From the IMG/VR virus record IMGVR_UViG_3300017754_004939, positions 710-64,709 of that record: 64,000 nt of DNA. One strand, written 5' to 3'. This document shows positions 12,401 through 22,097 of this stretch, one piece after another. This stretch comes from a virus (taxonomy: Duplodnaviria > Caudoviricetes). The translations under genes were made by a program, and so were the position numbers. The notes below the pieces were generated by a model, which was given only the letters and a program-made list of their open reading frames with translations, did no database searches and was not told the origin of the DNA. Numbering within the stretch: position 1 is the stretch's first letter; every line of letters begins with the position of its first letter.

Positions 12401-14580
12401 TAACACCATCCAATACAGTCACACCAACTAATACTGTTACTCCTAGCAACACTGTAACACCAACAATTACTGTAACACCAACTATCACTGTTACTACAAC
12501 TAGTACAGTAACACCAACAATTACTGTAACACCTACGGTTACCCCAACCCCAGGTCTCTCTCCTACTTCAACAACAACAATTACTCCAACAATAACTGTA
12601 TCACCAACAAATACTGTTACACCAACAATTACTCCTACCAATACTGTTACACCAACCATTACAGTAACACCTACAAACACAGTAACACCTACAATTACAC
12701 CAACAATTACAATTACACCAACAATTACTGTAAGCCCAACCAACACAGTTACACCAACAATTACACCAACCATCACTGTTACACCAACCATCACTGTTAC
12801 CCCAACCAACACAGTAACACCAACAATTACACCAACAATTACTTTAACACCAACAATTACAGTTACACCTACCAATACTGTTACACCTACAATCACGGTT
12901 ACCTCTACCAGCACCGTAACACCTACAATTACACCGACAATAACTGTAACACCAACTAATACTGTTACACCTACAATCACCCCAACAATTACCCCTACAC
13001 AAAGAAATACATATTGCTTCCAGTCACCGGATACTGAACCATACATTAATAATTTTACCGATAGTAAGAATTATATTATTAGTGCTATTGATTCTTCTAA
13101 TATCGCTTCAAGAGGAGCAACTGATATAGCTAAAATTCTTAAGTTTATTGTAAGCAGACTATATTTAGTTGGAAATATATTTAATAATTATAGTTGGGGA
13201 GCATATGGTACAACATCTGCAGCATATAACGTAGTTTTCACTAATTTTGGTCCAGAAGGTAGCAGTCAGAAATATTACTTTGAAATTCAGCCAAGTTATG
13301 TAACTCCAACTCAATATATTGCATATTGTTCATATTTGTTCTTCAATATGAATACTGGCACAATGTTAGTTGATATGTGTATACTTAATATTTTCAATTA
13401 TAATAACTATCCAGCTACACTCACACCTACAGTAACACCAACAATCACAGTAACAACAACAAATACACCAACACCAACTAACACAGTTACCCCAACTATT
13501 ACTGTGACAACAACTGTTACTGCAACCCCAACTAAAACTGTAACTCCAACAGTTACACCTACACCAAATAATACCCCAACTACCCCAACTGTAACTCCAA
13601 CCAATACGGCTACACCAACAGCTACAGTAACACCATCCGTGACTGTAACGCCAACAGTTACAGTTACCCCGACTGTAACTCCAACAGCCTCTCCTATTTT
13701 ATCAAATAGACAAGCTATTTTTGGTTACGGTCAAGGAGATAGCGGCATACTTTCAATTTCTAATACAATTACAAATCTCGGTACAGTTAATACAGATCAA
13801 TCTGGGGTTGGTACAGCAAGATATAGCTTAGCTGGTGCTAGTTACGGTGGAGATAAGGCTATATTTGGGTTCGGTGCAAACGATGTTAAGCTATCTATAA
13901 CAAACACTGTTACAAATCTTGGTATAGTTAATACAGATCAAGCAGGGGTTGGAACAGCAAGATATGGTTTAGCTGCTGCAAGCTACGGTGGAAATAAGGC
14001 AATATTCGGGTTTGGCTTTGATGGTAGTTATGTTTCAACAACTAATACTGTTACTAATCTCGGTATAGTTAATTCAGATACAACAGGAGTAGCAACCGCA
14101 AGAGCTTTTTTAGGTGCTGCAAGTTATGGTGGAGATAAAGCAATATTTGGTTTTGGTGCTACATACTCAACAGGTAATGTTTTCTATAATAAAACCTCAC
14201 TATTTTCTAATACTGGTGTGTTTGTTAGTGAAACTGACAATATTGCAACTGAAAGAGGTTTCCTCGCTGCAGCTGGTTACGGAACAGATAAAGCAATATT
14301 TGCTTATGGTTTTAATAATAGTGGTTACCTCTTACTTTCAAGCAAAGTAACTAATACAGGTACACTCGGTACAGACAATACTATTGTTGGTACTGCTAGA
14401 TACGCTTTAGCTGCTGCTACTTACGGTGGTGATAAGGCTATATTTGGTTTTGGTTTTACAAGCGACTATAGCGTTGTTAATACTACTACATTATTTGATA
14501 ATCAAGGAAATTATGTTAGTGAAAATTCTGGGGTTGGTACTACCAGATACGATCTTGCAGCAGCAAGCTTTGGTAGCTAA
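6448..14580 (+). CDS. Giant fibre/adhesin-like virion protein (2710 aa): five six-repeat (kelch-like propeller) domains joined by Thr/Pro mucin-like stalks
   Basis: Repeats of about 47 aa, AIFG[FY]G...[26 protein letters not shown], six per domain (counted in domains 1 and 5). PTNTVT and PTITVT linkers. TAAATA box 6 nt upstream. Confidence 0.85.
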   Translation: MEYDKPAKIVWVAKLSATGLYNTPFLKIVDPTTAPQNIVNEYTDLGLDNYTINNYFVNTNLLYSITDNQLNTNRTTFNWTFCAYKGPSQAASAMIAVNYFNNYTANDMGLVINYNNQYLSPPFYFDPYETSPNPTASKTFIVPAGAQNFPIPLWVRVNDGSAISTFTCLVCTNPSIILTNNIARYSNIFVTPSPTPTNTVTPTTGLSPTATPTNTPTNTVTPTNTPTNTVTPTVTPTNTVTPTNTVTPTVTPTNTVTVTPTITPTNTVTPTNTVTPTNTVTPTNTVTPTNTVTPTNTPTNTVTVTPTITPTNTVTPTNTVTPTNTVTPTNTVTPTNTVTPTNTVTPTNTVTPTVTPTNTGTPNNTVTPTNTVTPTNTVTPTITPTNTVTPTNTVTPTNTVTPTNTVTPTNTVTPTVTPTNTVTPTNTVTPTNTVTPTNTVTPTNTVTPTNTVTPTNTVTPTNTVTPTNTVTPTNTVTPTNTVTPTNTVTPTNTVTPTNTVTPTNTVTPTNTVTPTNTVTPTNTVTPTNTVTPTITPTPPQPPSKRAIFGFGSTTFGGFGSPTSLSNIVSDTGVLASDVTNVGTSARFYLAAASFGDGLAIFGFGYNNGNAVGVYNPVNNSGEIGIDDTRGSFTARYQLAAASYGGDKAIFGFGSTTSGVSSITNLVDNLGQMGNNVSTVGTARNNLAAAGYGTDKAIFGYGFSTAITNITNLVSNTGVVASDTTGVGTARQILAAASYGTDKAIFGYGYTSSFVSLTNLVSNTGVVATDTAGVGTARGYLAAAGYGTDKAIFGFGINGFGGSTLSMTNLVSNTGVVANDNSTVGTARMGLAAASFTQYFAPSPTPTPTITPSITVTPTITPTNTVTPTNTVTPTNTVTPTITVTPTITVTPTITVTPTNTPPITVTPTTTITPTITVTPTNTVTPSITVTPSNTVTPTLTPTNTVTPTITVTPTITPTITPTPTLPAAADSSAIFGFGFSPGVVSMTNIVSTTGDVASDTTGVGTARYGLAAASFGGDQAIFGYGTTNGSTGVSLSNLVSNLGVVATDTAGVGTQRYNLAAVGYGLDKAIFGFGFTGSSLLSITNLVSNTGIIANDVAGIGTARESLAAASYGFYYGIFGFGWNYSINLSMTNLVSDTGVIATDTTGVDSRRSLAASGYGRDKAIFGYGYISSATSINNLVSNTGVVASYAAAVGSSRYQLAAAGYSTDKAIFGFGYTGFGSVNVTNKVSNTGVVATDTAGVGTSRYSLAAASFVNPPILPTPTVTPTSTVTSTVTPTITPTNTVTPTITPTITPTPAPIQNYTAIFGFGVGNSGSDLSMTNLVSDVGIVQNDVTTVATARSELAAAGYGTDKAIFAFGYINSVGVSNLSNLVTNEGVVGTDQSTVGTSRSRLAAAGYGIDKAIFGYGGTYLSITNLVTNTGVVGSDVTGVGTARSDLAAATFGRDRAIFGFGSNGSKLSMTNLVTNTGVVGNDVSGVGTARSGLAAATYDTNKVIFGFGSTGTFSPVSTTNLVSSTGVVATDTSNVQTARSGLAAASYSSTNAVFGYGFTSTGVNITNLISSLGAIISESSGVGTARYNLAAANIVYIAPTPTVTPTNTVTPTVTPTITVTPTNTPTNTATPTVTPTNTVTPTITPANTPPAQSDKSAIFGYGSNGSFGNNLSMTNLISNTGVVSTDTTGVGTARLGLGAASYGGDKAIFGYGRVSGIGGTNQTITNLVSNLGIVSTDTTGVGTARFYLAAATYGTDKAIFGYGLDDSFTAVSMTNLVSNTGVVASDTTGVGTSRSGLTAASYGYDKAIFACGDNGFKTNKVSNTGVVASDTSGTAPTARTAPFGAGYGYDTAIIAFGNDGSYLNSITLINNQGNVATNTSGVGTARAYGGAASYSTDKAIFGYGTTGTVQNITNLVSNTGVVASDTTGVGTARLGLAGASYVAGVAPSPTPTNTVTPTITVTPTITPTNTVTPTITVTPTITVTPTITVTPTVTPSNTVTPTNTVTPSNTVTPTITVTPTITVTTTSTVTPTITVTPTVTPTPGLSPTSTTTITPTITVSPTNTVTPTITPTNTVTPTITVTPTNTVTPTITPTITITPTITVSPTNTVTPTITPTITVTPTITVTPTNTVTPTITPTITLTPTITVTPTNTVTPTITVTSTSTVTPTITPTITVTPTNTVTPTITPTITPTQRNTYCFQSPDTEPYINNFTDSKNYIISAIDSSNIASRGATDIAKILKFIVSRLYLVGNIFNNYSWGAYGTTSAAYNVVFTNFGPEGSSQKYYFEIQPSYVTPTQYIAYCSYLFFNMNTGTMLVDMCILNIFNYNNYPATLTPTVTPTITVTTTNTPTPTNTVTPTITVTTTVTATPTKTVTPTVTPTPNNTPTTPTVTPTNTATPTATVTPSVTVTPTVTVTPTVTPTASPILSNRQAIFGYGQGDSGILSISNTITNLGTVNTDQSGVGTARYSLAGASYGGDKAIFGFGANDVKLSITNTVTNLGIVNTDQAGVGTARYGLAAASYGGNKAIFGFGFDGSYVSTTNTVTNLGIVNSDTTGVATARAFLGAASYGGDKAIFGFGATYSTGNVFYNKTSLFSNTGVFVSETDNIATERGFLAAAGYGTDKAIFAYGFNNSGYLLLSSKVTNTGTLGTDNTIVGTARYALAAATYGGDKAIFGFGFTSDYSVVNTTTLFDNQGNYVSENSGVGTTRYDLAAASFGS
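7015..8070 (+). repeat. 18-nt degenerate tandem repeat encoding PTNTVT (stalk 1)
   Basis: CCNACNAAYACNGTWACN units, with near-perfect runs such as ACACCTACAAATACGGTT at about 7750-7810. Confidence 0.9.
12262..13000 (+). repeat. Degenerate tandem repeat encoding [12 protein letters not shown] (stalk 5)
   Basis: Same unit class as stalk 1 but Ile-richer. Shorter stalks lie at about 8968-9350, 10225-10345, 11215-11375 and 13415-13695. Confidence 0.85.
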
Positions 14581-14620
14581 TGCATCTTGTTTTTTGTGAG
14601 GTTTTTCGTTAATAATATTG

Positions 14621-17035
14621 ATGAAAAAAGAATCACCTCTAATTAAGAAGTTGCTAGAAGATGCAAAGCTAGAGGCTAAAAAGAGAAAAAATAAATATGC
14701 TGGAACAGAGCATATTCTTTTGGCTCTGCTCAAATGCAATAGTACTATCTTAATTAACTTGTTTAAGAATCTCAAAGTAGATTACAACAACATAGTTTTC
14801 ATCATTGATAATGTTTTATTTTATAGTAACGTTGATAAACCACCTACCTTAGAAGATATTCAATTTACCCCCAAAGTAGAAAAGATATTTTCCCTCGCTG
14901 AACAAATTTGTAAAAAGCTAGGTCAAAAAGAATTGACTCCTGTTCATGTTTTTCTTGGATTGCTTTATGACGATCAAGGTAGTGCGATTAACATCTTAAA
15001 ATCAGAAGGAGTCTTTTATAAAAACGTCAAGGAGATTGTTTGTAAACAACTCGATGGGGAATTGCTACCTAATGAGCCTAAAAATACTGAGGCTATCCCT
15101 GTATTAACTGATGATGATATTGAAGATGAAGAGCCAAATAATATTCTTGAGGTGTTTGGAACTAATTTAAACGAATCTGAATTGCCTCTTAATGTAATTG
15201 GTGGAGATAATTATATCTCAAGAATGGTAGAGATTCTTTGCCGTAAAAATAAGAGCAATGTTATTTTGATTGGTGAACCTGGAGTAGGAAAGACAACTCA
15301 GGTACTTAACTTAGCGAGAAAGATTAGAGATAATGATGTCCCGGAGTTCTTGCAAAATAAGACAGTTTACAGTCTAGATCTCAACAAATTAATTTCAGGA
15401 ACAAAGTTTAGAGGGGATTTCGAAGAGCGTATTCAGGCTCTTATTCACGCATTATTAACAAAGAAGAATCTAATTGTTTATATCGATGAGATTCAGAATC
15501 TGACTAGTTTAGGTAAGTCTTCTGGTGTAGATTTAGGAAATACCTTGAAGACAGTACTAACAACTGATAATGTTAGAATAATTGGCTCAACCACCTTTAG
15601 TGATTATAAGAACTCTTTTGAACAAGACAAGGCTTTAGAGAGAAGATTTCAAAAAGTAATTTTCAAAGAGCCTAATACTAACGAGACTTTCAGTATTCTT
15701 AAAGGAGTAAAGAAGGATTATGAAAATTACTACAAGTGTACTATCAATGATACAATTTTAAAGCGTATTGTTCATTTGTCCGATAGATTTGTAACTAATA
15801 GAAAGTTTCCGGACAAGGCTATTGATATTCTAGATGAAGTTGGTTCATTTGTATACAATAAAAAGAACGTTGTACCTAAGAATATTGTAAAGTCTCAAAA
15901 CGTTGTATTAAAGACAATGCAGAAGAAAGAACAATTCTTGTTTAAGAACAACTTTGAGAAGGCTTTATTGTTTAAAGAGCAGGAAGAACAAGAAACTGCT
16001 GTATTGAACAAGCAACTTGATGAATGGAAAAAGAGTATTACTTCATTTGCATCTATTAAGCTCAATGATGTTGATGCAGTGGTTAGTAAGTTGACTAACA
16101 TCCCTATTAACAAGATCAAGGTTAATGATGAATATTTTAAAGAGCTTAGAACATTCTTAGAGAGCAATGTGTTTGGACAAGCTCAGGCTATCCAAAAGAT
16201 TGTAAAGATCATTAAGAAGTCTAAGTTGGATCTTCAGGATCCAAATAAACCTCTTGGATCTTTCTTACTAGCCGGGACTACTGGTGTTGGCAAGACATTA
16301 CTAGTGAGAAAGCTCCATGAATTTCTATACAACAATACACCAGAATCGTTTGTTGTGTTTGATATGTCAGAATTCTCTGAGGCTCACTCAATTTCAAAGC
16401 TAATTGGTGCTCCTCCAGGATATGTTGGATATCAAAAGGGTGGTATCTTAACTGAGAAGATTAAGAACTTTCCAAATAGTATCATTTTATTTGATGAAAT
16501 CGAGAAAGCACATCCAGAAGTATACACTGTTTTGCTACAAGTGCTAGATAGTGGTAGATTAACAGACTCTTCTGGTGAAGAAATAAACCTAAAGAACTGT
16601 TATTTCTTTGCTACAACTAATGTAGGTGCTAGTACTGAGAGATCAATGGGCTTTGGTGCTCAGAGCTTTACAGAAAACTTCTTTAGTTCAATTGAAAAGT
16701 ACTTTAGACCAGAGTTTCTCAATAGATTCGATGATATTATTGTATTCGATAAGGTTACAGATAACGACACTATTGAGAAGATTATTAGGAAAGAGTTAGA
16801 GATTATTATTGACAGAGTAAAGACTAAGACAGGTATACGTTCCATCTCCTTCTCTGAGACAATTATAAAGTTCGTTTCAGAGAAAAGCCAGACAGAAAAG
16901 TATGGAGCTCGTGAAATTAAGAGAATTGTTGAAAAATTAATCTTTAACCCAATGATTGACTTTATTTCTTCCAAAAAGAAGATTAAATCCATTAAGATTT
17001 CCGAAGAAAATAAAGAAGTTTCTTTTTCTGCTTGA
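14621..17035 (+). CDS. clpC: ClpC/ClpA-family AAA+ unfoldase (Hsp100)
   Basis: Clp N-domain; NBD1 GEPGVGKT and YIDEIQ; short UVR-like middle coiled coil; NBD2 GTTGVGKT, LFDEIEKAHP and FRPEFLNRFD; ClpP-docking-type MGF loop. ATG at 14621 preferred over TTG at 14618. Confidence 0.9.
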   Translation: MKKESPLIKKLLEDAKLEAKKRKNKYAGTEHILLALLKCNSTILINLFKNLKVDYNNIVFIIDNVLFYSNVDKPPTLEDIQFTPKVEKIFSLAEQICKKLGQKELTPVHVFLGLLYDDQGSAINILKSEGVFYKNVKEIVCKQLDGELLPNEPKNTEAIPVLTDDDIEDEEPNNILEVFGTNLNESELPLNVIGGDNYISRMVEILCRKNKSNVILIGEPGVGKTTQVLNLARKIRDNDVPEFLQNKTVYSLDLNKLISGTKFRGDFEERIQALIHALLTKKNLIVYIDEIQNLTSLGKSSGVDLGNTLKTVLTTDNVRIIGSTTFSDYKNSFEQDKALERRFQKVIFKEPNTNETFSILKGVKKDYENYYKCTINDTILKRIVHLSDRFVTNRKFPDKAIDILDEVGSFVYNKKNVVPKNIVKSQNVVLKTMQKKEQFLFKNNFEKALLFKEQEEQETAVLNKQLDEWKKSITSFASIKLNDVDAVVSKLTNIPINKIKVNDEYFKELRTFLESNVFGQAQAIQKIVKIIKKSKLDLQDPNKPLGSFLLAGTTGVGKTLLVRKLHEFLYNNTPESFVVFDMSEFSEAHSISKLIGAPPGYVGYQKGGILTEKIKNFPNSIILFDEIEKAHPEVYTVLLQVLDSGRLTDSSGEEINLKNCYFFATTNVGASTERSMGFGAQSFTENFFSSIEKYFRPEFLNRFDDIIVFDKVTDNDTIEKIIRKELEIIIDRVKTKTGIRSISFSETIIKFVSEKSQTEKYGAREIKRIVEKLIFNPMIDFISSKKKIKSIKISEENKEVSFSA

Positions 17036-17059
17036 TTCTACCCTTCATATCTCTATAAT
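17032..17059 (+). promoter_or_regulatory. Sigma70-type (early) promoter
   Basis: TTGATT-N16-TATAAT, ending 6 nt before ATG 17066. Confidence 0.65.
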
Positions 17060-17065
17060 CGGGGT

Positions 17066-17257
17066 ATGAAGAGTTACAAAGCCGTTATTCGCAACTTCCA
17101 TAATCACGATTGCCGCGACATCGAAGTCTCTGGCAAGAACGTTCAGCTCGCTCATAAGCTTGCCTTGAAGCAGGTGAAGTTTGAAGAGGATATCCTGGAG
17201 ATGTACAACGCTGACGGCAACCTTGCCTACCATCTGCAAAAAGGTTGGCGAGAATAA
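17066..17257 (+). CDS. Hypothetical protein (63 aa)
   Basis: Host-like codon usage (AAG, CGC, ATC) and an upstream sigma70-type promoter. Confidence 0.75.
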   Translation: MKSYKAVIRNFHNHDCRDIEVSGKNVQLAHKLALKQVKFEEDILEMYNADGNLAYHLQKGWRE

Positions 17258-17302
17258 ACTTTCCTGTTGCATATTTCTGATATCGAGACTATAAATATTG
17301 GT

Positions 17303-18247
17303 ATGACGAGCAATCTTATCTCTCTCGACTCAAAGCTTGGAACCGAAGTCACTGGTGTTACGAGCTTTGACGAACTGATTACCCGAGCGAAGCTTGACTT
17401 TAAGCTTAAGAAGGAGCCGCTTTTTGACGAAAACGGCAGGCAGATCAAGGATAAGTTTATTATTCGAAACACCAATACTGATTCTGTTCTCGGTATTGTT
17501 GGTAAACGTTACAACATTGTCGATGTCCCTACTATGATTGAGCCTTTTCACGAAAACATTGTGAAGAAGTTTGATCTAGAGTATGAGAATGCAGGCATTA
17601 TTGAAGATGGTCGCAAGTGTTGGGTTGCTGCTCGGTTTCGCAACCCAATGGCTCTCAAGTATCGCCCTCAAGATAAGATTAACAATCGAATCTTCTGTTT
17701 GATTACTAACGATGGTACCTTTCGCAACTCCTATTTGAGTATGGCTCATCGTATTTTCTGTAACAATCAATTGAAGCTGATGGTTAAAGCTGCTTCTAAT
17801 GCTGGGTTTGGAGTTATGCACACCAAGAACCATCAACGTAAGATTGATACCAACATGATTCTTATTGATAGCTTCTTGGATATTGGTAAGAACTTTATTA
17901 GTAAGGCAGATGCTCTCAATGATAAGCTTATGAGCGCTCAGGAGGCTAAGGACTTTCTTGATAAGCTTATGCCTAAGAATAGCAAGAAGCCTAATTCAAA
18001 GCAGGCTTTGCGCGCAGTACATCGTAAGTCTCATATTATTGAGTTGTTCCATAACGGAAAGGGTAATATCGGTCGTACTCGCTGGGATATGTTCAATGCA
18101 GTCACTGAGTTTATTGACCATCATAATAACCCTAACAAATTTATTAAGCATGGTAAGATTGCCATGGAAAAGCGATTTGTAGCTAATACAATCTTTGGGC
18201 AAGGAGTACAAATTAAGCAAAAAGCTCTGGATTTGTTGCTCAATTGA
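17303..18247 (+). CDS. DUF932 (TIGR03299-like) phage/plasmid protein
   Basis: IRNTNTDSVLGIVGKRY, HRIFCNNQL and TRWDMFNAVTEFIDH are typical of the family. Start reassigned to ATG 17303, 5 nt after TATAAATA (17290-17297). Confidence 0.8.
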   Translation: MTSNLISLDSKLGTEVTGVTSFDELITRAKLDFKLKKEPLFDENGRQIKDKFIIRNTNTDSVLGIVGKRYNIVDVPTMIEPFHENIVKKFDLEYENAGIIEDGRKCWVAARFRNPMALKYRPQDKINNRIFCLITNDGTFRNSYLSMAHRIFCNNQLKLMVKAASNAGFGVMHTKNHQRKIDTNMILIDSFLDIGKNFISKADALNDKLMSAQEAKDFLDKLMPKNSKKPNSKQALRAVHRKSHIIELFHNGKGNIGRTRWDMFNAVTEFIDHHNNPNKFIKHGKIAMEKRFVANTIFGQGVQIKQKALDLLLN

Positions 18248-18261
18248 TTAAATAATAACAC

Positions 18262-18336
18262 GGGAGGTTAGCTCAGCGGCAGAGCAGATCCTTTACACGG
18301 ATAAGGCCAGAGGTTCAAATCCTCTACTTCCCACCA
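18262..18336 (+). tRNA. trnV: tRNA-Val(TAC)
   Basis: GGGAGGT/ACTTCCC acceptor stem, TT-TAC-AC loop, GGTTCAAATCC T-arm, encoded CCA. Confidence 0.92.
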
Positions 18337-18342
18337 TTTTAT

Positions 18343-18419
18343 CGGAGTGTAGCTCAACTTGGTAGAGCACTTGCTTTGGGAGCAAGTTGTTGCAGGTTCA
18401 AATCCTGTCACTCCGACCA
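18343..18419 (+). tRNA. trnP: tRNA-Pro(TGG)
   Basis: CGGAGTG/CACTCCG acceptor stem, CTTGC-TTTGGGA-GCAAG anticodon arm, encoded CCA. Confidence 0.95.
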
Positions 18420-18423
18420 TTTC

Positions 18424-19470
18424 TTAAATAGCCATAATCTTCATGGCTGTACTGTAACCAGAACCAGTAGACCAATCGTAGTTAAATCTCCAGTTTTTCT
18501 TCTTTTCAAGTAATTGGCTTACAGGTATATTAGAATTAACTAAATCAATCTTAATATCAGTATTTTCACAATCAAAAGCTAACAAATAATCAAATTGCTT
18601 GTTAAGCTGATAGCACTTTAATTGTATAAAACCTACTAATCTCAACAAATCATCTGCTTGAGTTAGAGTTCTATTATCAATATACTTGGTTCTAATGCTT
18701 CTTACAATAGAAGACTTCTTGTTTTCAATGTAAGAATCTAGTTCACCACTAATTAGTTCTTCTTTACCTGGATCATCAATGTCATAACCAGCCAAGACTG
18801 ATACTAAATCCTTAATATCTTCCAATTCTCCTTCAGCAGCCTTGCGACCTAGGGCTTCTTTGCTGGCTCCTTCTGTTCTTTCTGTCTCTAATCTAGCTCC
18901 AGGAATAGATTTAATCTCGAAAGTCTTGCCATTTAGTTCCATATCACCTATTGCTGCGCTAGTTCCACCAGCAAATATCTCGAAAAAGATTTCACCGGGA
19001 CCAACAGCCTTACCTTTCTTAGGTTCTGTCTTTTGTTTCACTAGGCGAGTAAGTTCTGGGATGTGAGAAGATACGTTTCCTTTGTAACAGGTAGTAAGAA
19101 TCTCGACTAAAGAGCCACTATCACTGCTTTCTCCATAGAGATTCAAGATTTTAGCAAACTCATCTTGATTCTCCTTCTTAAAATTCATACCAGTCTCTTT
19201 AATAAAGACAGCAAAAGCATTGGCAATATCAGATCCTGGCTGAACTCCTGCATTCTTTAACGATTCTTTAAACAAGGCAGAGTCAACTTCTTCTCCAGAC
19301 ACGTCATTCGCTCTTAGAGCTCTCTTAAGAACATTGTTGTAGTAGACTTTATCCAGTGTAGCAATGTGTTCCACTGAATCTTGGTCTGGTTCTTGCTTAA
19401 AGATCTTCACCTCATCCTGTTCCCTGAGGATTTTGCTGGCATAGACGTCTTTGAGCCTGGATATGATCAT
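18424..19470 (-). CDS. Hypothetical protein with PD-(D/E)xK-like nuclease motif
   Basis: GPGE...AIGDMELNGKTFEIKS (E...D...ExK). Start reassigned to 19470, 5 nt after TAAATA on the minus strand. Confidence 0.6.
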   Translation of the reverse strand: MIISRLKDVYASKILREQDEVKIFKQEPDQDSVEHIATLDKVYYNNVLKRALRANDVSGEEVDSALFKESLKNAGVQPGSDIANAFAVFIKETGMNFKKENQDEFAKILNLYGESSDSGSLVEILTTCYKGNVSSHIPELTRLVKQKTEPKKGKAVGPGEIFFEIFAGGTSAAIGDMELNGKTFEIKSIPGARLETERTEGASKEALGRKAAEGELEDIKDLVSVLAGYDIDDPGKEELISGELDSYIENKKSSIVRSIRTKYIDNRTLTQADDLLRLVGFIQLKCYQLNKQFDYLLAFDCENTDIKIDLVNSNIPVSQLLEKKKNWRFNYDWSTGSGYSTAMKIMAI

Positions 19471-19504
19471 AGAATTATTTATGCCCCTACCTAAATAAAA
19501 ACAG

Positions 19505-19532
19505 TTGCTTTTTCTTGGCAACGCTTTATAAT
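19505..19532 (+). promoter_or_regulatory. Sigma70-type (early) promoter
   Basis: TTGCTT-N16-TATAAT, 9 nt before ATG 19542. Confidence 0.6.
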
Positions 19533-19541
19533 AACGACGAT

Positions 19542-20249
19542 ATGAAAAATATGTTTAAGTCCCTGTTGGCGATCGCATCTTTGGTCATCGCCCTTTCTAT
19601 CACTGCCGCTGACACCTCCTCTGTTGGGGTTACTGCAGGATACAATAATAACTATGTTGTGAACGGTGTTGTTCGCAACAATGCTTCAGCCTTGATTGCT
19701 GTTGATGCCAGCAAGTCTCTTAAGTATGCTGATATCTACGTCAAGGGTACGTTGCTCCCTAATAACGAGCTCGATCAGTCCCATTGGACGCTTGGAGCTG
19801 GGAAGACTTTTGGTCTCTTCTCTGATTTCGCCTTGCGTACTGAGGCTGATGTTACTCGACACCAGAGCGGAGTCGCTGGCGTTCCTAACTCTACTGAGGT
19901 TGGAGCCAAGCTCGCCTTGAGTAACCCGTATGTTACTCCTTATGTTCGTGGATCTTATGATTATGATCTCGATCAGACTGGTGTGAGTGCTGGTTTCTAT
20001 CGCGTTCAGCCTTTGCTCTATGGATTCACTGTTACTCCTCTTGCTGAGTATGGTAAGTTCACTGATTACGAGGCTTTCTTGGCTAAGGTTACTGTTGCTC
20101 GTCCTTTTGCTCTCTCCTTCGGAACTCTTACTCCGTTTGCTGATGTGAGCTGGATTGATAATAACTTCAGTGTTAGCAAGTATAACTTTGCTACCAAGGA
20201 GCTCAATGGGGCTGTGGTTGTTTCCGCTGGTTTGAATCTGCGTTTTTAA
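19542..20249 (+). CDS. Outer-membrane beta-barrel protein (porin-like)
   Basis: Signal peptide MKNMFKSLLAIASLVIALSITA-A, amphipathic beta-strands and a C-terminal SAGLNLRF beta-signal ending in Phe. Confidence 0.75.
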   Translation: MKNMFKSLLAIASLVIALSITAADTSSVGVTAGYNNNYVVNGVVRNNASALIAVDASKSLKYADIYVKGTLLPNNELDQSHWTLGAGKTFGLFSDFALRTEADVTRHQSGVAGVPNSTEVGAKLALSNPYVTPYVRGSYDYDLDQTGVSAGFYRVQPLLYGFTVTPLAEYGKFTDYEAFLAKVTVARPFALSFGTLTPFADVSWIDNNFSVSKYNFATKELNGAVVVSAGLNLRF

Positions 20250-20270
20250 TCAGAGTTAGTTAGTAGGTAG

Positions 20271-20300
20271 CCCCTGAGATTAATTTCTCAGGGGTTTTTT
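20271..20300 (+). terminator. Rho-independent terminator
   Basis: CCCCTGAGA-loop-TCTCAGGGG followed by TTTTTT. Confidence 0.85.
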
Positions 20301-20338
20301 GTTGCTTTTATACCTAAGGTAGTAAATAATAACAGAGC

Positions 20339-20412
20339 GCGGGTATGATGTAGTGGTAGCCTGCAACCTTGCCAAGGTCGATGTGCCGGTTCGATTCCGG
20401 CTACCCGCTCCA
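20339..20412 (+). tRNA. trnG: tRNA-Gly(GCC)
   Basis: GCGGGTA/TACCCGC acceptor stem, TT-GCC-AA loop, U73 plus CCA; weak D-stem. Confidence 0.88.
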
Positions 20413-20434
20413 CTTTCTAGTATAAATAATATTA

Positions 20435-21178
20435 ATGAACTTTTTTAATCATTATCTTATTCAAGAGAGTAAAGAGAGAGAACAGCTAGATAAAACAATA
20501 GACTACTTGTCTAAGAAAGAAAAAGTTCTTCTTCTCACCACTTCCAATCGCTGGACAGGCCACACAGACGATATTCCCAAATCAACCCAGCTAGCTATGT
20601 TTGTACAGGAACAGCTTGGCAAACAAAAGGCTACTTTAATTGAAGTACCTAAGCTAAAAATCTACCCTTGCGAGGGTAATGTAAGTAGCAGCCCAGATAA
20701 AGGTGGGAATCACTGTGGCACTAAAGACGCTGCATTAAAAGATAAAGAAAAGAACCCTACCGGTTATCATAGATGCTGGGCTAGTATCAATAACAAAGAT
20801 GATGAACTTTGGAAGATCAGTAAACCATTATTTGAAAGTGAAGCAGTTCAGATATTTGGTTCTGTAAGATGGGGTCAGGCTAATGGATACTATCAGAAGT
20901 TAATTGAAAGATTAACCTGGATAGAGAACAGAGCTTCTACACTAGGTGAAAAGAGTGTTGTCTCAGATATTGATGCTGGACTGATATTAGTTGGGCAGAA
21001 CTGGAACGGAAAAGATGTATTAGATACTCAAAAGCAGGTGTTAAAATTTTTTGGGTTTAAGACTCCATCCGAGATGTTCTGGAATTGGCAATATACACAA
21101 AATGCTACTCTAGAAACAAAAGAGTCGTATAAGAAGGCTTATACGACTTTTGAGAAGCAGTTTATATTAGAAGATTAA
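20435..21178 (+). CDS. Flavodoxin-fold NAD(P)H-dependent FMN reductase / iron-sulfur-flavoprotein-like protein
   Basis: VLLLTTSNR, LKIYPCEGNVS, Cys motifs and IFGSVRWG...YQKLIERL. TATAAATA 6 nt upstream. Confidence 0.75.
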   Translation: MNFFNHYLIQESKEREQLDKTIDYLSKKEKVLLLTTSNRWTGHTDDIPKSTQLAMFVQEQLGKQKATLIEVPKLKIYPCEGNVSSSPDKGGNHCGTKDAALKDKEKNPTGYHRCWASINNKDDELWKISKPLFESEAVQIFGSVRWGQANGYYQKLIERLTWIENRASTLGEKSVVSDIDAGLILVGQNWNGKDVLDTQKQVLKFFGFKTPSEMFWNWQYTQNATLETKESYKKAYTTFEKQFILED

Positions 21179-21541
21179 TTACTGTAAGGTCAATAGATAC
21201 TTGAGCTTGTTTAATTCACCGAGCATCTCGTCTCTAATGTTCATAAGATCTGAATCAGCGTTCTTATCTGGTATTTCTAAATTTACTAGATACTCCACTG
21301 CATTGTCTACAAAACCATCTACTGGTAATTGATCTGTATTAAATAGATCAACTGTAGTAGAACCACCTTTAGCTTCAATTCTACCATACTTACCCATGTA
21401 GACTTCAATGTATTGATCAATCAAACCGTTGAGAGCATCATAGGCGCCACCAAGAGCCTGGTGTTGAGCATAGCTAGTTGTCTGCCAATGATAGACTTTG
21501 AGTTGGTTGAGTATCGTAAGAAGATTTTTAATGTATTTCAT
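21179..21541 (-). CDS. Ferritin/Dps-like protein (DUF5856-like)
   Basis: YHWQTTSYAQHQALGGAYD...IDQYIEVYMG...NIRDEMLGELNKLKYLL. Start reassigned to 21541 (TAAATA-N5-ATG). Confidence 0.75.
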   Translation of the reverse strand: MKYIKNLLTILNQLKVYHWQTTSYAQHQALGGAYDALNGLIDQYIEVYMGKYGRIEAKGGSTTVDLFNTDQLPVDGFVDNAVEYLVNLEIPDKNADSDLMNIRDEMLGELNKLKYLLTLQ

Positions 21542-21545
21542 AAAG

Positions 21546-22004
21546 TTATTTATTAAACAAGACTCTAAAAGCGCATTGAAAGTTCTTACTAGAATAATGT
21601 CTAGCATCTACTTCCCAAACGTTCCAGTAGTATTTATCTGTTTTATTATCAACATCATGAGCAGTATAATCAAGTTCCTTTTCTTTAACTCTTAATAGCT
21701 TATCTTGTATCCAATGACGAAATTCATGTAATAAATCTCGTAAGAATATTCTTCTTCTTGATTTCTTATCATATTTCTTTCTAAATGGAGCAACCCCAAT
21801 GTCTAAGGTATTGCTTCCGAAGTAATAACCGCTGTCAAGATAGCGAGTATCTATTTTTATGTTTATGGCTCTTTTAATATCTTTGCCAGGAAACTCTTTT
21901 TCTAATAGCTTATTGAATACAGCCTGTAATTTAGATCTTTTTATGCCAAACCTTAAGAACCAATCGGCAGTTTTCTTACCGTATCGTACTTGGATCTTAA
22001 TCAT
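21546..22004 (-). CDS. Putative zinc metallopeptidase-like protein (HExxH)
   Basis: LLHEFRHWIQ...WEVDAR. Upstream TTGTAA-N17-TAATAT on the minus strand. Confidence 0.6.
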   Translation of the reverse strand: MIKIQVRYGKKTADWFLRFGIKRSKLQAVFNKLLEKEFPGKDIKRAINIKIDTRYLDSGYYFGSNTLDIGVAPFRKKYDKKSRRRIFLRDLLHEFRHWIQDKLLRVKEKELDYTAHDVDNKTDKYYWNVWEVDARHYSSKNFQCAFRVLFNK

Positions 22005-22097
22005 GCCAATATTAATTCAGATTTTTTATTTTTACAAGTTGCATCATTTAGAATAGAAAACTAAGTAAAAATGTACGTTGGTTCGTACATACACATT

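Noticed and set aside
6885-13604. Long minus-strand ORFs of VGVT or C/R/W-rich sequence
   Set aside because: Antisense shadows of the Thr/Pro repeat codons; no promoter or domain signal.
8077-14577. Possible diversity-generating retroelement template/variable repeats among the propeller copies
   Set aside because: Differences are not adenine-specific, all copies are coding, and there is no reverse transcriptase in the window.
8077-14577. Bacteroidetes O-glycosylation sequons (D-T-T/A) in propeller blades
   Set aside because: That system is periplasmic and this protein has no signal peptide; the motif is more likely structural.
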